Positions 9,863 to 19,544 are shown, counted from the stretch's first letter. The stretch: 64,000 nt of DNA from an uncultured Candidatus Saccharibacteria bacterium (GCA_964520195.1 CAZFNX010000002.1:2884-66883); one strand, 5' to 3'. Notes: a model not told the origin generated them from the letters alone. Made by a program: numbers and translations.

Positions 9863-10082
9863 TAAGAGTAAGCCCCTTGTCCTTGTACACAATCTTACTT
9901 CTTAAGTTCGCCAGTAGCTCTCGTTTCTCCGTCACAGCACCCTCTTTCAGTATGTACTTCGCATAGTTTCGTATATCGGTATCCTTTCGATTGCCAACCT
10001 TGTCTGTGCTTCCAAGCACTGATCTCTGGAAGATATTGAATCGTGCAATCTCATCCTCGAGCTTCTGTCTCATGCCAAGCTT
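9855..10082 (-). pseudogene. C-terminal remnant of a large serine recombinase
   Basis: IRNYAKYILKEG...EKRELL..L.SKIV resembles the C-terminus of CPR recombinase-family proteins (from recall); no catalytic N-terminus; lies inside the island. Confidence 0.55.
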
Positions 10083-10718
10083 ATGTATGATTTTGCTATA
10101 ACAGATTTAGGGCGGAAGAAAAAGTTAGAAGAAAATCCGAAGGGCTTTCATCTAGAAGACAAAGGATATACCTGTTGTGTTTGTCACAACTCTGTCTCGG
10201 ATGATCAGACATGGTATGACGAAAACGGTATCAAATGTCTAATCTGTCAGGATGCGTTGGATAAAAAGGTAATTCCACCCTCAGTAGCAAGTGACCATGA
10301 AAGTTGGTATTCCATCCATGATTTTGAAAGTAGTTTCTTTATGAAGCCGAATGCAGTTAGGAGGTTTGTAAAAGAGGGTCTCTTGAAGCCACGAATAATC
10401 AAACACCCTTCAGACCGTATTCACTATCAATTGTTTCTTATAGAAGACAATGAAGGCATCTTGCCTCCCAAAGAAGTAACGAAATGGCCAGTAGTTAAAT
10501 TCCAAAAAGATGGCAAAGATTGGTATCACTCAGAACCTTGGTTTGTGCATAAAGATCCCAAAGAAGTCTTGGAAGGCTACAAGATACTGGAATACATGTC
10601 GACCTTGAAAGAAAATGAGATAAAGCAGTCATACCCTGATTTAAGCTTTCAGATGCACGAAGGATCGAAGTCTATACTAAAGATTGACTCTATCGATGAA
10701 AAGCCTGACAACCCCTAG
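10083..10718 (+). CDS. Hypothetical Zn-finger (CxxC...CxxC) protein, probably 5'-truncated
   Basis: CCVC and CLIC motifs; begins directly at the junction with the recombinase remnant. Confidence 0.55.
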   Translation: MYDFAITDLGRKKKLEENPKGFHLEDKGYTCCVCHNSVSDDQTWYDENGIKCLICQDALDKKVIPPSVASDHESWYSIHDFESSFFMKPNAVRRFVKEGLLKPRIIKHPSDRIHYQLFLIEDNEGILPPKEVTKWPVVKFQKDGKDWYHSEPWFVHKDPKEVLEGYKILEYMSTLKENEIKQSYPDLSFQMHEGSKSILKIDSIDEKPDNP

Positions 10719-10930
10719 AAGAGGAGGTCGAAAGTGAGCCAGAAAAGGAATAGGGCTTCAGGTGTCTCATTTTACGAAAACGGGATAGCGACTCGCTTGC
10801 CTCAAACGACCACGCCCAAACATGCTAGAATACCCTTACAAGGCCTTAGAGCGTGGGTACTTAACTCACATGGCCCGCATTGCGAAACGAAACATGCACT
10901 TGTGGCATGTTTTTGTTTTGCAACTAGATA

Positions 10931-11026
10931 GAGAGATTCGAAAAGCTTTTCTATGTTTTGAGAATCGGAAGGATTCGATAAAACAAGAAAAGGTGTACTG
11001 ACCGTGTAATGGTCGAATCACCTCCT
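10931..11026 (+). repeat. tRNA-3'-end-linked nested-hairpin element, copy A
   Basis: Shares core AAAGGTGTACTGACCGTGTAAYGGTCGA and stem architecture with 57969-58068. Confidence 0.85.
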
Positions 11027-11126
11027 ATATTTTAAGAAAAAAACCATGCTATCATAAAACCATACCCAAAACTCTCCTGAGTTGTGCAGTCAGAGAGTGA
11101 TTATTAAAAATAATTTTAATCACAAC

Positions 11127-12113
11127 ATGCAATATTTAAAAAAATATAGTAATTTTTTTGTATCCACATTAGCAACTCTTACCCTTCTCATCCCGACCCT
11201 TGCCTCTGCACACGTAAAATGGTTTGCTACAGCTCATGAGTACGTTCGACCATATCAACTCACTGACACACCTGTCATAGCTTCAATACTTATAGTCTTA
11301 CTTATACTATCAATCGGAGTATATCTCGAAAAAAAATTATCAGTTCCAACATGGTACAAACGATTTATTGAAACGTCTGCACCAACTATTCTCTCTATAG
11401 CAAGTATTGGTTTTGGTCTTTCATATCTTATTTTCTCATATAAAGGCTTTGTCTTTGCTCCAAATCTCCCCGCACTAGGCACTGTTGGAACTTTTCTATT
11501 AGCAATCCAAGCACTTGCTGGTATTATGATCCTTTTTGGATTTTATGAACGACTTGGTGGATTATTACTGATTCTTCTTTATATACTCTGTGTTAAAGAA
11601 TACGGATTTACTAGCATGATGGATACATTTGAAATGGTCGGCTTCGCCTTTTATGCCATGATTATTGGTCGACCAAAATGGAAAATTACAGAATCTGAAT
11701 CAATGAATAAAATCATGCACCACTTTCATAAGTATGGTGTATCAATTCTTCGAATCGGAACTGGAATCAATCTTCTCATTCTTGGTTTCTCAGAAAAAAT
11801 TCTCTCACCATCACTCACACAAGCCTTTCTTGAAAAATATGATTGGAACTTTATGCATCACTTCTTTGGGTTAACGTGGTTTAGTGATTATTGGTTTGCG
11901 TATTCTGCCGGTGTTGTAGAATCTCTCTTTGGTATATTTCTTATCCTCGGACTTGTCACACGTCTCACTATCGTTGCCTTGGCGGTATTTCTAGTGACAA
12001 CACTTATCTTACTTGGTCCTGTTGAGCTTATAGGACATTTACCTCACTTCTCTATCGCTGCAGTACTTCTTGTGTTTGGTGCTGGATCTGTGATGCATAT
12101 GAAGAAAGACTAG
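11127..12113 (+). CDS. DoxX-family multi-pass membrane protein
   Basis: Signal peptide then AHVKWF; DoxX-like C-terminal half with ELIGHLP. Confidence 0.7.
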   Translation: MQYLKKYSNFFVSTLATLTLLIPTLASAHVKWFATAHEYVRPYQLTDTPVIASILIVLLILSIGVYLEKKLSVPTWYKRFIETSAPTILSIASIGFGLSYLIFSYKGFVFAPNLPALGTVGTFLLAIQALAGIMILFGFYERLGGLLLILLYILCVKEYGFTSMMDTFEMVGFAFYAMIIGRPKWKITESESMNKIMHHFHKYGVSILRIGTGINLLILGFSEKILSPSLTQAFLEKYDWNFMHHFFGLTWFSDYWFAYSAGVVESLFGIFLILGLVTRLTIVALAVFLVTTLILLGPVELIGHLPHFSIAAVLLVFGAGSVMHMKKD

Positions 12114-12643
12114 TCCAACAACTCCTCCAACTTCCTCACAGTATTAATATTACGAGCGGTCATGTGTTTATAGATTTTTGTCCCTATAAACTTCTGCATG
12201 CCGCTTTTCTTATAATCATCTCGTGATACATTCCACACAATCGCTCCATCAACATATGTTACTGTATCCACTTCTGTTGTTGTAATAAGATCAATACTTT
12301 TCTCTGAGTCATACGCTTCCCACAAAAACAATACATCTGTTCTTTGCTCTGTATCATTTGTCCACTCTTGAGGAATCGTCTTGCAGATTTTTTTAATATT
12401 TTTTGCAGTACGAATTACGATTTTAATTTCAAATCCAAAAGTTTTTTTGAGAGCTTTTTCTATCTGTTGTTCTATCTCTCGTGTATCAGATACATCAGTA
12501 GAAAATATGACATTGCCAGTATTGATATATGTAGACACATCTGAAAAACCCAAAGACTCAAAAACTTTTTTAAGCTTTGGCATTTCCACTTTATTATTAC
12601 CACCAACATTTATTCCTCGAAGGAGTGCAACGTATGTACTCAT
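12110..12643 (-). CDS. DUF1697 protein
   Basis: YVALLRGINVGG...TYINTGNV...TARNINT. Confidence 0.9.
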   Translation of the reverse strand: MSTYVALLRGINVGGNNKVEMPKLKKVFESLGFSDVSTYINTGNVIFSTDVSDTREIEQQIEKALKKTFGFEIKIVIRTAKNIKKICKTIPQEWTNDTEQRTDVLFLWEAYDSEKSIDLITTTEVDTVTYVDGAIVWNVSRDDYKKSGMQKFIGTKIYKHMTARNINTVRKLEELLD

Positions 12644-12646
12644 GAT

Positions 12647-13030
12647 TTATTTAGCATTCTCATCTGGTTGAAATAATCCAAACACATTATTATCTGGATC
12701 TACAAAATATCCCTGCCAACATGAACCAGGAACAGCAAACTTAGGCATAGCTACCTTTCCTCCTTTCTCTAATATTTTTCCCGCAACCGCATCAAAATCT
12801 AAAACTTTTATAGAGCATGTAAATGCGTTAGTACCGTATTCTAATGGAGGCACAGCTACTGGACGTTTTAAAATAGCCCCTCGTATACCTTCCGTTTCAA
12901 TACGATAATATTCAATAGGTATATGTTCATCTTTTGTACACACCCATCCAAAGATAGATGTATAAAAATCAACCAATACCTTTGGTTCAGACGCTTGTAT
13001 TTCAAAATATGCAACTATGTTTGTATTCAT
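12647..13030 (-). CDS. VOC/glyoxalase family protein
   Basis: YFEIQA...FYTSIFGW...DPDNNVFGL. Confidence 0.88.
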   Translation of the reverse strand: MNTNIVAYFEIQASEPKVLVDFYTSIFGWVCTKDEHIPIEYYRIETEGIRGAILKRPVAVPPLEYGTNAFTCSIKVLDFDAVAGKILEKGGKVAMPKFAVPGSCWQGYFVDPDNNVFGLFQPDENAK

Positions 13031-13041
13031 ATGTATATATA

Positions 13042-13512
13042 TTATTTTACACTATTAAAAGCCTCTTCTAGTTTTGCAACATCAAACTTTTTCATTTGTA
13101 GAAATGCTTGAGTTATAGCTTTTCGTTGCGCATCAGTACTCTTTGACATCAAATCACCTAATGCACTAGGAACAACTTGCCATGACAATCCATACTTATC
13201 TTTACACCATCCACATTGACTTTCACTTCCTCCGTTTGTTGTAAGCTTATTCCAATAATAATCAACCTCTTCTTGATTTTCACAACTAATCATAAAAGAT
13301 ATAGCTTCAGTAAACTGAAACATTGGACCAGCCGTCATAAGACTCAATCGTTGTCCGAAGATGGTCAATGTCGCCATCTCAACATCACCAGACGGTGTGT
13401 CAGAAAGTTCCCCATCACTTTCCACTGTTGCATCAGGAAAAATAGATAGATAATACTCTGTAATCTCTTTCAGGTTTTTATCAAACCATAAAAATGGGGT
13501 TATTTTATTCAT
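13042..13512 (-). CDS. VOC family PhnB/3-demethylubiquinone-like protein
   Basis: KITPFLWF...QCGWCKDKYGLSWQVVP. Confidence 0.9.
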   Translation of the reverse strand: MNKITPFLWFDKNLKEITEYYLSIFPDATVESDGELSDTPSGDVEMATLTIFGQRLSLMTAGPMFQFTEAISFMISCENQEEVDYYWNKLTTNGGSESQCGWCKDKYGLSWQVVPSALGDLMSKSTDAQRKAITQAFLQMKKFDVAKLEEAFNSVK

Positions 13513-13519
13513 AGTTCTA

Positions 13520-14023
13520 TTATAGCACCCTACTATCATACGCCCAATGAAGCAACGCTTGTCGTTGTCTTGGACGACACGCTGTATCTCCTCTTCTACA
13601 TGCACCTTGTAGCCATCGAATATGTCTAGCCATATTAACCCAACGCTTTATCTGTCGCTCATCATCCTCATGTCTTCGTCCCATATAATACCGACAATAC
13701 CATTGAAACCAACCTCGTGGATCATCTTTATGAATCCATCCTTTTCGTCTCCACTCTGCAAGTGATTGACTTGCTTTCACTTTAAAATAGTTTATTTTTT
13801 TATCATATCTTTTTGGACTCAACTTCGCATTCACAAACCAATCATGAGGAAACTCGTGAACACAGTCAGTCATGTATTTACCACCAAAAACACCGAGAGA
13901 CAACATCTCTTTCGGTGTAAGCATTGGTTTAAATCGTGGATCAAAATTTTTCCCTACTTTTTCAGTCAGAGTATATGTATACCCATCTTGCATCTTGTCA
14001 TGTACGGATATTTTCTTAGACAT
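13520..14023 (-). CDS. Conserved hypothetical protein
   Basis: LTPKEML.LGVFGGKY and DPRGWFQWYCRYYMGRR..DD.RQI.RW look like conserved family motifs; start moved to 14023. Confidence 0.75.
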   Translation of the reverse strand: MSKKISVHDKMQDGYTYTLTEKVGKNFDPRFKPMLTPKEMLSLGVFGGKYMTDCVHEFPHDWFVNAKLSPKRYDKKINYFKVKASQSLAEWRRKGWIHKDDPRGWFQWYCRYYMGRRHEDDERQIKRWVNMARHIRWLQGACRRGDTACRPRQRQALLHWAYDSRVL

Positions 14024-14027
14024 ATCC

Positions 14028-14444
14028 TTACATACTTGCAATGATTGCACCCATAACAGCAAATACAACTCCTGAAGAAACAACTTCAAACAGCCATAGT
14101 TTTGGAGATCTTCCCATCCAGATAACATCCATAGATGTAGCTGTTACTGTAAATCCAAACCAAACTGTTAACCCAACACATATACCACCAAGAGCACCCT
14201 CAGCTATATATGCAGAATCAATCGCATACAGATATACAACTGCAAGAGCAACAGCAGTGAACATATTTGCAAGAATATTCCACAACATTTGAGGCACCAT
14301 ATCTGAAAATTTTTCATTGCCTGTTGGATGAATATGAGCCAACTTCATCCATAGTTTTCCAAACAGTGGACCGTGAAATAAAAAACCTACAACAAAAGCC
14401 GCGAGAGCAGCAACAAGTACTGCAATAAAGTTGATTGACAACAT
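14028..14444 (-). CDS. DUF1761 membrane protein
   Basis: INFIAVLVAA...GPLFGKLWM; four TMs. Confidence 0.8.
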   Translation of the reverse strand: MLSINFIAVLVAALAAFVVGFLFHGPLFGKLWMKLAHIHPTGNEKFSDMVPQMLWNILANMFTAVALAVVYLYAIDSAYIAEGALGGICVGLTVWFGFTVTATSMDVIWMGRSPKLWLFEVVSSGVVFAVMGAIIASM

Positions 14445-14518
14445 ATGATTATATTAAATTAAGATTAAAGATTAATAAAGTATTATCAAAAGTTCTACAT
14501 ATAGTATACTACATTTAT

Positions 14519-15034
14519 ATGGAACCAACTATTGAAGAACTAAAAAAGACATATCCTGATATTGATATAAATATGACTGGTGAATCAGACTCCTTTAAGG
14601 AAGGTCTCCCTATCGTAGAACGTGATCCTATTGCAGTTATTATTAAACATCCAACTGAAAATTCATATCTTATATCACAATGGAAAAAATCAGCCTGGAA
14701 TGGTTTCTTAACTGGTGGCATAGAGAATGGAGACACTCTCGAAAAAACTGTTGCGAAAGAGATTCGTGAAGAAACTGGTTTTACACACATCAAAACCATC
14801 AAAGACATGCATTTTGTTTCTCATGGATTATTTTTCCATCCAATCAAACAAGTTAACCGTCTCGCCCACTATCACTTGATTTTTGTAGAACTTGCCAACC
14901 TTGAGCATGTTGAGGTTTCAGAAGAAGAAAAAGCCATTGCTGATTTTATTTGGGTTCCACGAGAAGAAGTTCGAGTACTGCTTACACGAAACGACATGAA
15001 GCTATTGTGGGATTTTTATATTAGAAATGTATAA
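14519..15034 (+). CDS. NUDIX hydrolase
   Basis: GGIENGDTLEKTVAKEIREETG Nudix box. Confidence 0.85.
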   Translation: MEPTIEELKKTYPDIDINMTGESDSFKEGLPIVERDPIAVIIKHPTENSYLISQWKKSAWNGFLTGGIENGDTLEKTVAKEIREETGFTHIKTIKDMHFVSHGLFFHPIKQVNRLAHYHLIFVELANLEHVEVSEEEKAIADFIWVPREEVRVLLTRNDMKLLWDFYIRNV

Positions 15035-15037
15035 TAT

Positions 15038-16696
15038 TTACTCATTCTTCTTTCGAATAGCATTTCGAATATCTTGAAATGTTCCTCCAACTTTTTTCCC
15101 TGGATTAAATATATTTGCTGGATCAAATATATCTTTAGTCTGTTTAAACAATGCAACAATCTCATCACCAAACTGTTGTCGCAAGTATGGTGTTCGAATA
15201 ATACCATCATTATGCTCTGCCGTAATCGATCCTTTATACTCATGAACAAGTGTATACATTTTTTCAGAAAGTTCTAGGATAACATCCGCAGAAAATGGTG
15301 AATTCAAATCCATAAGTGGAATAAGGTGAAAATTTCCATTTCCAAGATGACCTTGAATAGTGTAATCCAACTTATATGCATCAAGTAATGCTTTTACCTT
15401 AGGCATAAACTCAGGCAACATCTCAGGCTTTACAATAATATCATCTATAAATGGAGCAGTTCTTTTACCTTTAGTATGTTTACGAAGTAGGTTGAAACTT
15501 TCATGACGTATGCGCCAATATTTATCAGCTTCAGTACTTGATGATGCAATATGCATCTTGTATCCAAAATGTTCTATGTGATTATACACTCTAATTAAAT
15601 CCTCTTTTACTTGTTCTTCAGTTTGTCCTGTAAACTCTATCATGAGAATAAGCTTAGGAACTCCACCAGACACAATCATCCACGACTCAGGTATAAATTG
15701 AAAACCAAGTTTCAGAGCTCCCCAAAATCCCATCTGCTTGAAAAAATCAAAAAAGAATCGCACAGCCAAAATCAAACTCTTATCATCAAACGTCTCAAGA
15801 CTATCAGGTTTAAATGGCACAATTTCTTTTACTAACTCACTGACATTTGCAAGTGATGGTAAAAATACTGCAAGAATGTTTGAGTATGGCTCAGTTGGCA
15901 CAAGTTTAAACGTAATCTCAGTCACAATACCAAGTGTTCCTTGTGAACCAACAATCACCTGACATAGATCAAACATACCTGTAGTCTTATCATATACATT
16001 CCACAGATAGTACCCTGCTGAGTTTTTAGATACATCAGGTTTTGCAGCGATAATCTTTTCATAATTATCAACTATCAATGTATATATTTTTTTATATAAC
16101 TCCTGTTCAAAAGATGATGTTTCCTTAATCTTTTTCTCCAACTCTTCTTTAGTAAGTTTTTTTATTTCATACTCATTTCCATCTGACAAAACAACCTTGA
16201 GAGCATTGATATAGTTTTCTGTTTTACCATACTTAATAGCCTTCTCTCCTCCACTATTGTTTCCAACCATTCCTCCAACTGCATTGATCTCCCTTGATGC
16301 AGTAAAGGCTGGCATATATCGGTTTATCTTTTTTGTTGCTTTATCAAAGTCACGATAGAAACATCCAGGCTCAACAACAGCATATGTATCTTCTACCTGT
16401 TTAATAGCATTCATATATCGAGTCACATCCATGATAATACTATTTCCAATAGATCCACCTGACATATCAGTTCCTGCCGAACGTGGAGTGATAGAGAGTG
16501 TAGGATTTTCTTTTTTATGTTCACTCACCCATCGAACAAGAGTTTTTACATCATCTGCGTTTTTAGGATAGACCACTACCTGCGGACGTATTTCAAAAAG
16601 ACTGGCGTCATGCGAGTATTCTGTTAAAGTTTCTTCTTTGATATCTATATCACCGAGAAATAATGGTTTGAGGGTTTGGAAGATGTTGTTGGGCAT
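15038..16696 (-). CDS. FAD-binding oxidoreductase (GlcD/D-lactate dehydrogenase-like)
   Basis: PRSAGTDMSG, GSQGTLG, GHLGNGNFH, AEHNDG, FNPGK. Confidence 0.9.
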   Translation of the reverse strand: MPNNIFQTLKPLFLGDIDIKEETLTEYSHDASLFEIRPQVVVYPKNADDVKTLVRWVSEHKKENPTLSITPRSAGTDMSGGSIGNSIIMDVTRYMNAIKQVEDTYAVVEPGCFYRDFDKATKKINRYMPAFTASREINAVGGMVGNNSGGEKAIKYGKTENYINALKVVLSDGNEYEIKKLTKEELEKKIKETSSFEQELYKKIYTLIVDNYEKIIAAKPDVSKNSAGYYLWNVYDKTTGMFDLCQVIVGSQGTLGIVTEITFKLVPTEPYSNILAVFLPSLANVSELVKEIVPFKPDSLETFDDKSLILAVRFFFDFFKQMGFWGALKLGFQFIPESWMIVSGGVPKLILMIEFTGQTEEQVKEDLIRVYNHIEHFGYKMHIASSSTEADKYWRIRHESFNLLRKHTKGKRTAPFIDDIIVKPEMLPEFMPKVKALLDAYKLDYTIQGHLGNGNFHLIPLMDLNSPFSADVILELSEKMYTLVHEYKGSITAEHNDGIIRTPYLRQQFGDEIVALFKQTKDIFDPANIFNPGKKVGGTFQDIRNAIRKKNE

Positions 16697-16736
16697 GTAG
16701 GAAGTATAACATGAAGACTTATCCTATATATTGCAT

Positions 16737-16775
16737 AAAAAATCCGCCGACCACCAGTAGGCAGTAAGCGGAGAG
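16737..16775 (-). terminator. Intrinsic terminator of the orphan gene
   Basis: TCCGC...GCGGA stem followed by T run on the minus strand. Confidence 0.6.
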
Positions 16776-16816
16776 GCTAAATCTACAGTAAAATACTGTC
16801 ACACCCCAGGAACCAC

Positions 16817-17467
16817 CTATTCCTGAAGACATAGATCATCAACACCATGTTCATTATTAAGACAAAACCACGAAATATGTGGAACGCGTGTTGCACAAAA
16901 AAATGGAACCTCAAGAATCCCCAGATTGTTTCGGACAACATCACGATATCCATACAGACGTTTATCATCATCTGTATCCATAGCCCAATCCTTGAAGGCA
17001 GGAGGAAGGGTAGCCCAGTTGGCGACCATATACTCCAGCTCCTTCAGACCAAAGTGACCTTGGATGGCATCGCCAGGGGCAACGACATACATTTGACCAG
17101 CCTTGTCTTCTCCGACTTTGTAGCTGGAAACCAAGACGGCCAAGACTTCATGCCCGTTGCCACCGAGTTGGCAAGGATGGCACAAGGTATTGCTCATGAT
17201 TGCAGCGAAGTTAATCGATTTTGATTCACGAATATCCCCGGTCAGGATGCGACCTCTCGACCAGTCTGGGAACTTGGACTCAGGAAGATCGACGATCGAG
17301 ACAGGAGGATACGTCCGTTGAGAATAGTCGGCAATGAACTCACCGAAGCGAATCCACATTTCAGGATCTTTGAGAAAGAGCTTAAATCCGTCTTCATCGA
17401 GACTTGCCGGATTCAGGCCAGTGGCGGTCAAAGCGATAAACTGATCTTTTTGCGATTGAGTTGCCAT
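16817..17467 (-). CDS. Hypothetical protein (orphan, GC-richer than neighbours)
   Basis: 216-aa ORF with its own promoter and terminator. Confidence 0.65.
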   Translation of the reverse strand: MATQSQKDQFIALTATGLNPASLDEDGFKLFLKDPEMWIRFGEFIADYSQRTYPPVSIVDLPESKFPDWSRGRILTGDIRESKSINFAAIMSNTLCHPCQLGGNGHEVLAVLVSSYKVGEDKAGQMYVVAPGDAIQGHFGLKELEYMVANWATLPPAFKDWAMDTDDDKRLYGYRDVVRNNLGILEVPFFCATRVPHISWFCLNNEHGVDDLCLQE

Positions 17468-17570
17468 AGGTTTGCAAGAGGGTTACTAGATTCTCTTAAA
17501 AAGATTTAGTTCTCTATAAGCCCACACTCAAGGTGTGCGACTGTAGAGAAGATAATTTTTTATGATGTTG

Positions 17571-17623
17571 TTCGCCTCAGCTATTTCTATCCGATATAAT
17601 AAGTTAGAAATAGCTGAGGCGAA
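17571..17623. repeat. Perfect 19-bp inverted repeat
   Basis: TTCGCCTCAGCTATTTCTA-N15-TAGAAATAGCTGAGGCGAA. Confidence 0.9.
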
Positions 17624-17816
17624 TTATATAAGGTACTCCTGAAACCAGGATACATCATATATGCAAAAAGTCAAAAACTTCAACAGTTTACACTCTGTGT
17701 ATTTTTAGGTTTAGAGGAATATGCTAACATATATATGTACAGTATTATAAAATAATTATCACAACACATATTATGAGGAACATCTCAACACCTTGGAATG
17801 AGTAATTCCGCCCAAT

Positions 17817-17844
17817 AAAAAAGCACCTGTTCAGGTGCTTTTTT
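17817..17844 (-). terminator. Terminator after rnc
   Basis: AAAAAAGCACCTG-TT-CAGGTGCTTTTTT. Confidence 0.8.
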
Positions 17845-17854
17845 AATATAACTA

Positions 17855-18556
17855 TTACCCCCATTTCTTTACCAACAACGCTTTATGTGCAGCCTGTGTC
17901 TCCGCCTCTTGTTTTGATTTTCCTTCTCCATTGGCAACATGTACATCCCCTAAAAACACTCCGACTGTAAACAACTTATCATGATCTGGACCAAACTCTT
18001 TCATAAGCTCATATCGAGGAGTTGTACTTGTATGTTCTTGAGCCATCTCTTGAAATAAACTTTTTGAATCGATAAATTTTTTCTTTTCGATTACTTCATG
18101 TATAAGCACATGCACATGTTCATCTATAAACTTTGACGCCACTTCATATCCTTGATCAAGATATATGGCACCAATAAGTGCTTCAATAGTATTTGCAAGA
18201 ATATACTGTCGAGCACGTCCAGTATCTTTTGCCTCACCTTTTGAAAGAAGTAGATAATTATTCAATCCCATGTTCTCTGCAACAGTTGCGAGAGTTACTG
18301 CATTTACAAGAGCTGATCTATAAGCTGTCATATCACCCTCTGGTTTTTTTGGATATGTTTTATACAAAAAGTTTGTTACAGCAAGTTCAAGCACTGCATC
18401 ACCCAAAAACTCCAGTCTTTCATTGTGTTCAAGACCTGAGTTTCTATGTTCATTAAGATACGATCTATGCGTAAAGGCTTTTGCGAGCAGATGTATATCT
18501 TTGAACTCTAATCCTAATTTTTTTGCTAGTTCGTGAAATTTTTCAATTTTTATCAT
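17855..18556 (-). CDS. rnc: Ribonuclease III
   Basis: NERLEFLGDAVL signature; dsRBD. Confidence 0.97.
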   Translation of the reverse strand: MIKIEKFHELAKKLGLEFKDIHLLAKAFTHRSYLNEHRNSGLEHNERLEFLGDAVLELAVTNFLYKTYPKKPEGDMTAYRSALVNAVTLATVAENMGLNNYLLLSKGEAKDTGRARQYILANTIEALIGAIYLDQGYEVASKFIDEHVHVLIHEVIEKKKFIDSKSLFQEMAQEHTSTTPRYELMKEFGPDHDKLFTVGVFLGDVHVANGEGKSKQEAETQAAHKALLVKKWG

Positions 18557-18568
18557 ATGTTTCTATTA

Positions 18569-19495
18569 TTATAGAGAACGAATAAGATCTATAGCCTTTG
18601 TGATAACTGGTATCATATCTTCATACAGATTAAGATCAAGTACAGCATCTATCTTAAACCACGCCGCATCTTTCAATCCCCCCTCCTTTCTCGGAGTCAG
18701 TGATGTAAATGTCGCTTCTGCAACAATATACTCTACTTGTTTTCTTATTTTTTTAAATTCTGGATGAGATGCAACATATTCACTCGTATCAATAGTTTGT
18801 TTATATATACACTCAATACCCAACTCTTCTATAACCTTTCTTTTTGCGGCTTCTACCAACTCTTCACCATCTTGAATCTTACCTTTTGACAGTGTCCAGA
18901 AACCAAACACATCATGAACGAGCGCAAGATATATATCACCTTCATGTTTTGCATATACGATACTTCCTACAAGTTTTTGTACAGGGAGAAGAGCTTTTTC
19001 TTCTGGTGTAAGTTCTTTACGAGTTTTCTTTTCTGCCTTGATAGATCGTTCTGATTTTTTATTTGCTTCGTCTGCTCCATACAACTCTCGATACACTGCA
19101 CCAAGCACTCCGTTTACAAACTTACCTGAAGTCTCTCCACTGAAAAATTTAGCCACTTCTATAGCTTCGTTAATAGCAACTTTAGCTGGAACTTCTTTTT
19201 TATCAGCATAGATAAGTTCATACAAACCCAAACGAAGAACGTTTCGATCTACTGTACCTATTTTATCAAGAGGCCACTCTGGAGCAGCTTTAACTATAAT
19301 CTCATCTATCTCTTTTTGCTTTTTTAAAATACCATCAAGGAGAGCTTTTGCATATGACAAATCTACGTCGTCTTGAGAAAATTCTTTCACATTGTGTGTA
19401 AGAACTTCTTCAAAAAGATTAGGGTCAATATGGCGAAAATCTATCTCATATAGAGATTGAAGTGCTATTGTTCGGGATTGATGTCGACTTGCCAT
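18569..19495 (-). CDS. nusB: NusB fused to a C-terminal NUDIX-like domain
   Basis: SRHQSR..ALQ.LY, AINEAIE, FVNGVLG; then WTLSKGKI...EELG. Confidence 0.9.
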   Translation of the reverse strand: MASRHQSRTIALQSLYEIDFRHIDPNLFEEVLTHNVKEFSQDDVDLSYAKALLDGILKKQKEIDEIIVKAAPEWPLDKIGTVDRNVLRLGLYELIYADKKEVPAKVAINEAIEVAKFFSGETSGKFVNGVLGAVYRELYGADEANKKSERSIKAEKKTRKELTPEEKALLPVQKLVGSIVYAKHEGDIYLALVHDVFGFWTLSKGKIQDGEELVEAAKRKVIEELGIECIYKQTIDTSEYVASHPEFKKIRKQVEYIVAEATFTSLTPRKEGGLKDAAWFKIDAVLDLNLYEDMIPVITKAIDLIRSL

Positions 19496-19544
19496 AGTAT
19501 GTGTGTGTTATGTAAATGAGCAAACCTCAGAGACCGGCAATATG

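Larger units (their letters stand above)
5726..11026. mobile_element. Degenerate genomic island at tRNA-Ser carrying a copper-resistance operon
   Basis: tRNA 3' end TCGAATCTCACCTCCT (5704-5719) recurs with a 2-nt deletion at 11013-11026; recombinase remnant inside; visibly more GC-rich than the flanks. Confidence 0.7.

Noticed and set aside
10734-10931. 65-aa ORF at the island end
   Set aside because: No recognisable features, and it runs through hairpin-forming non-coding sequence.
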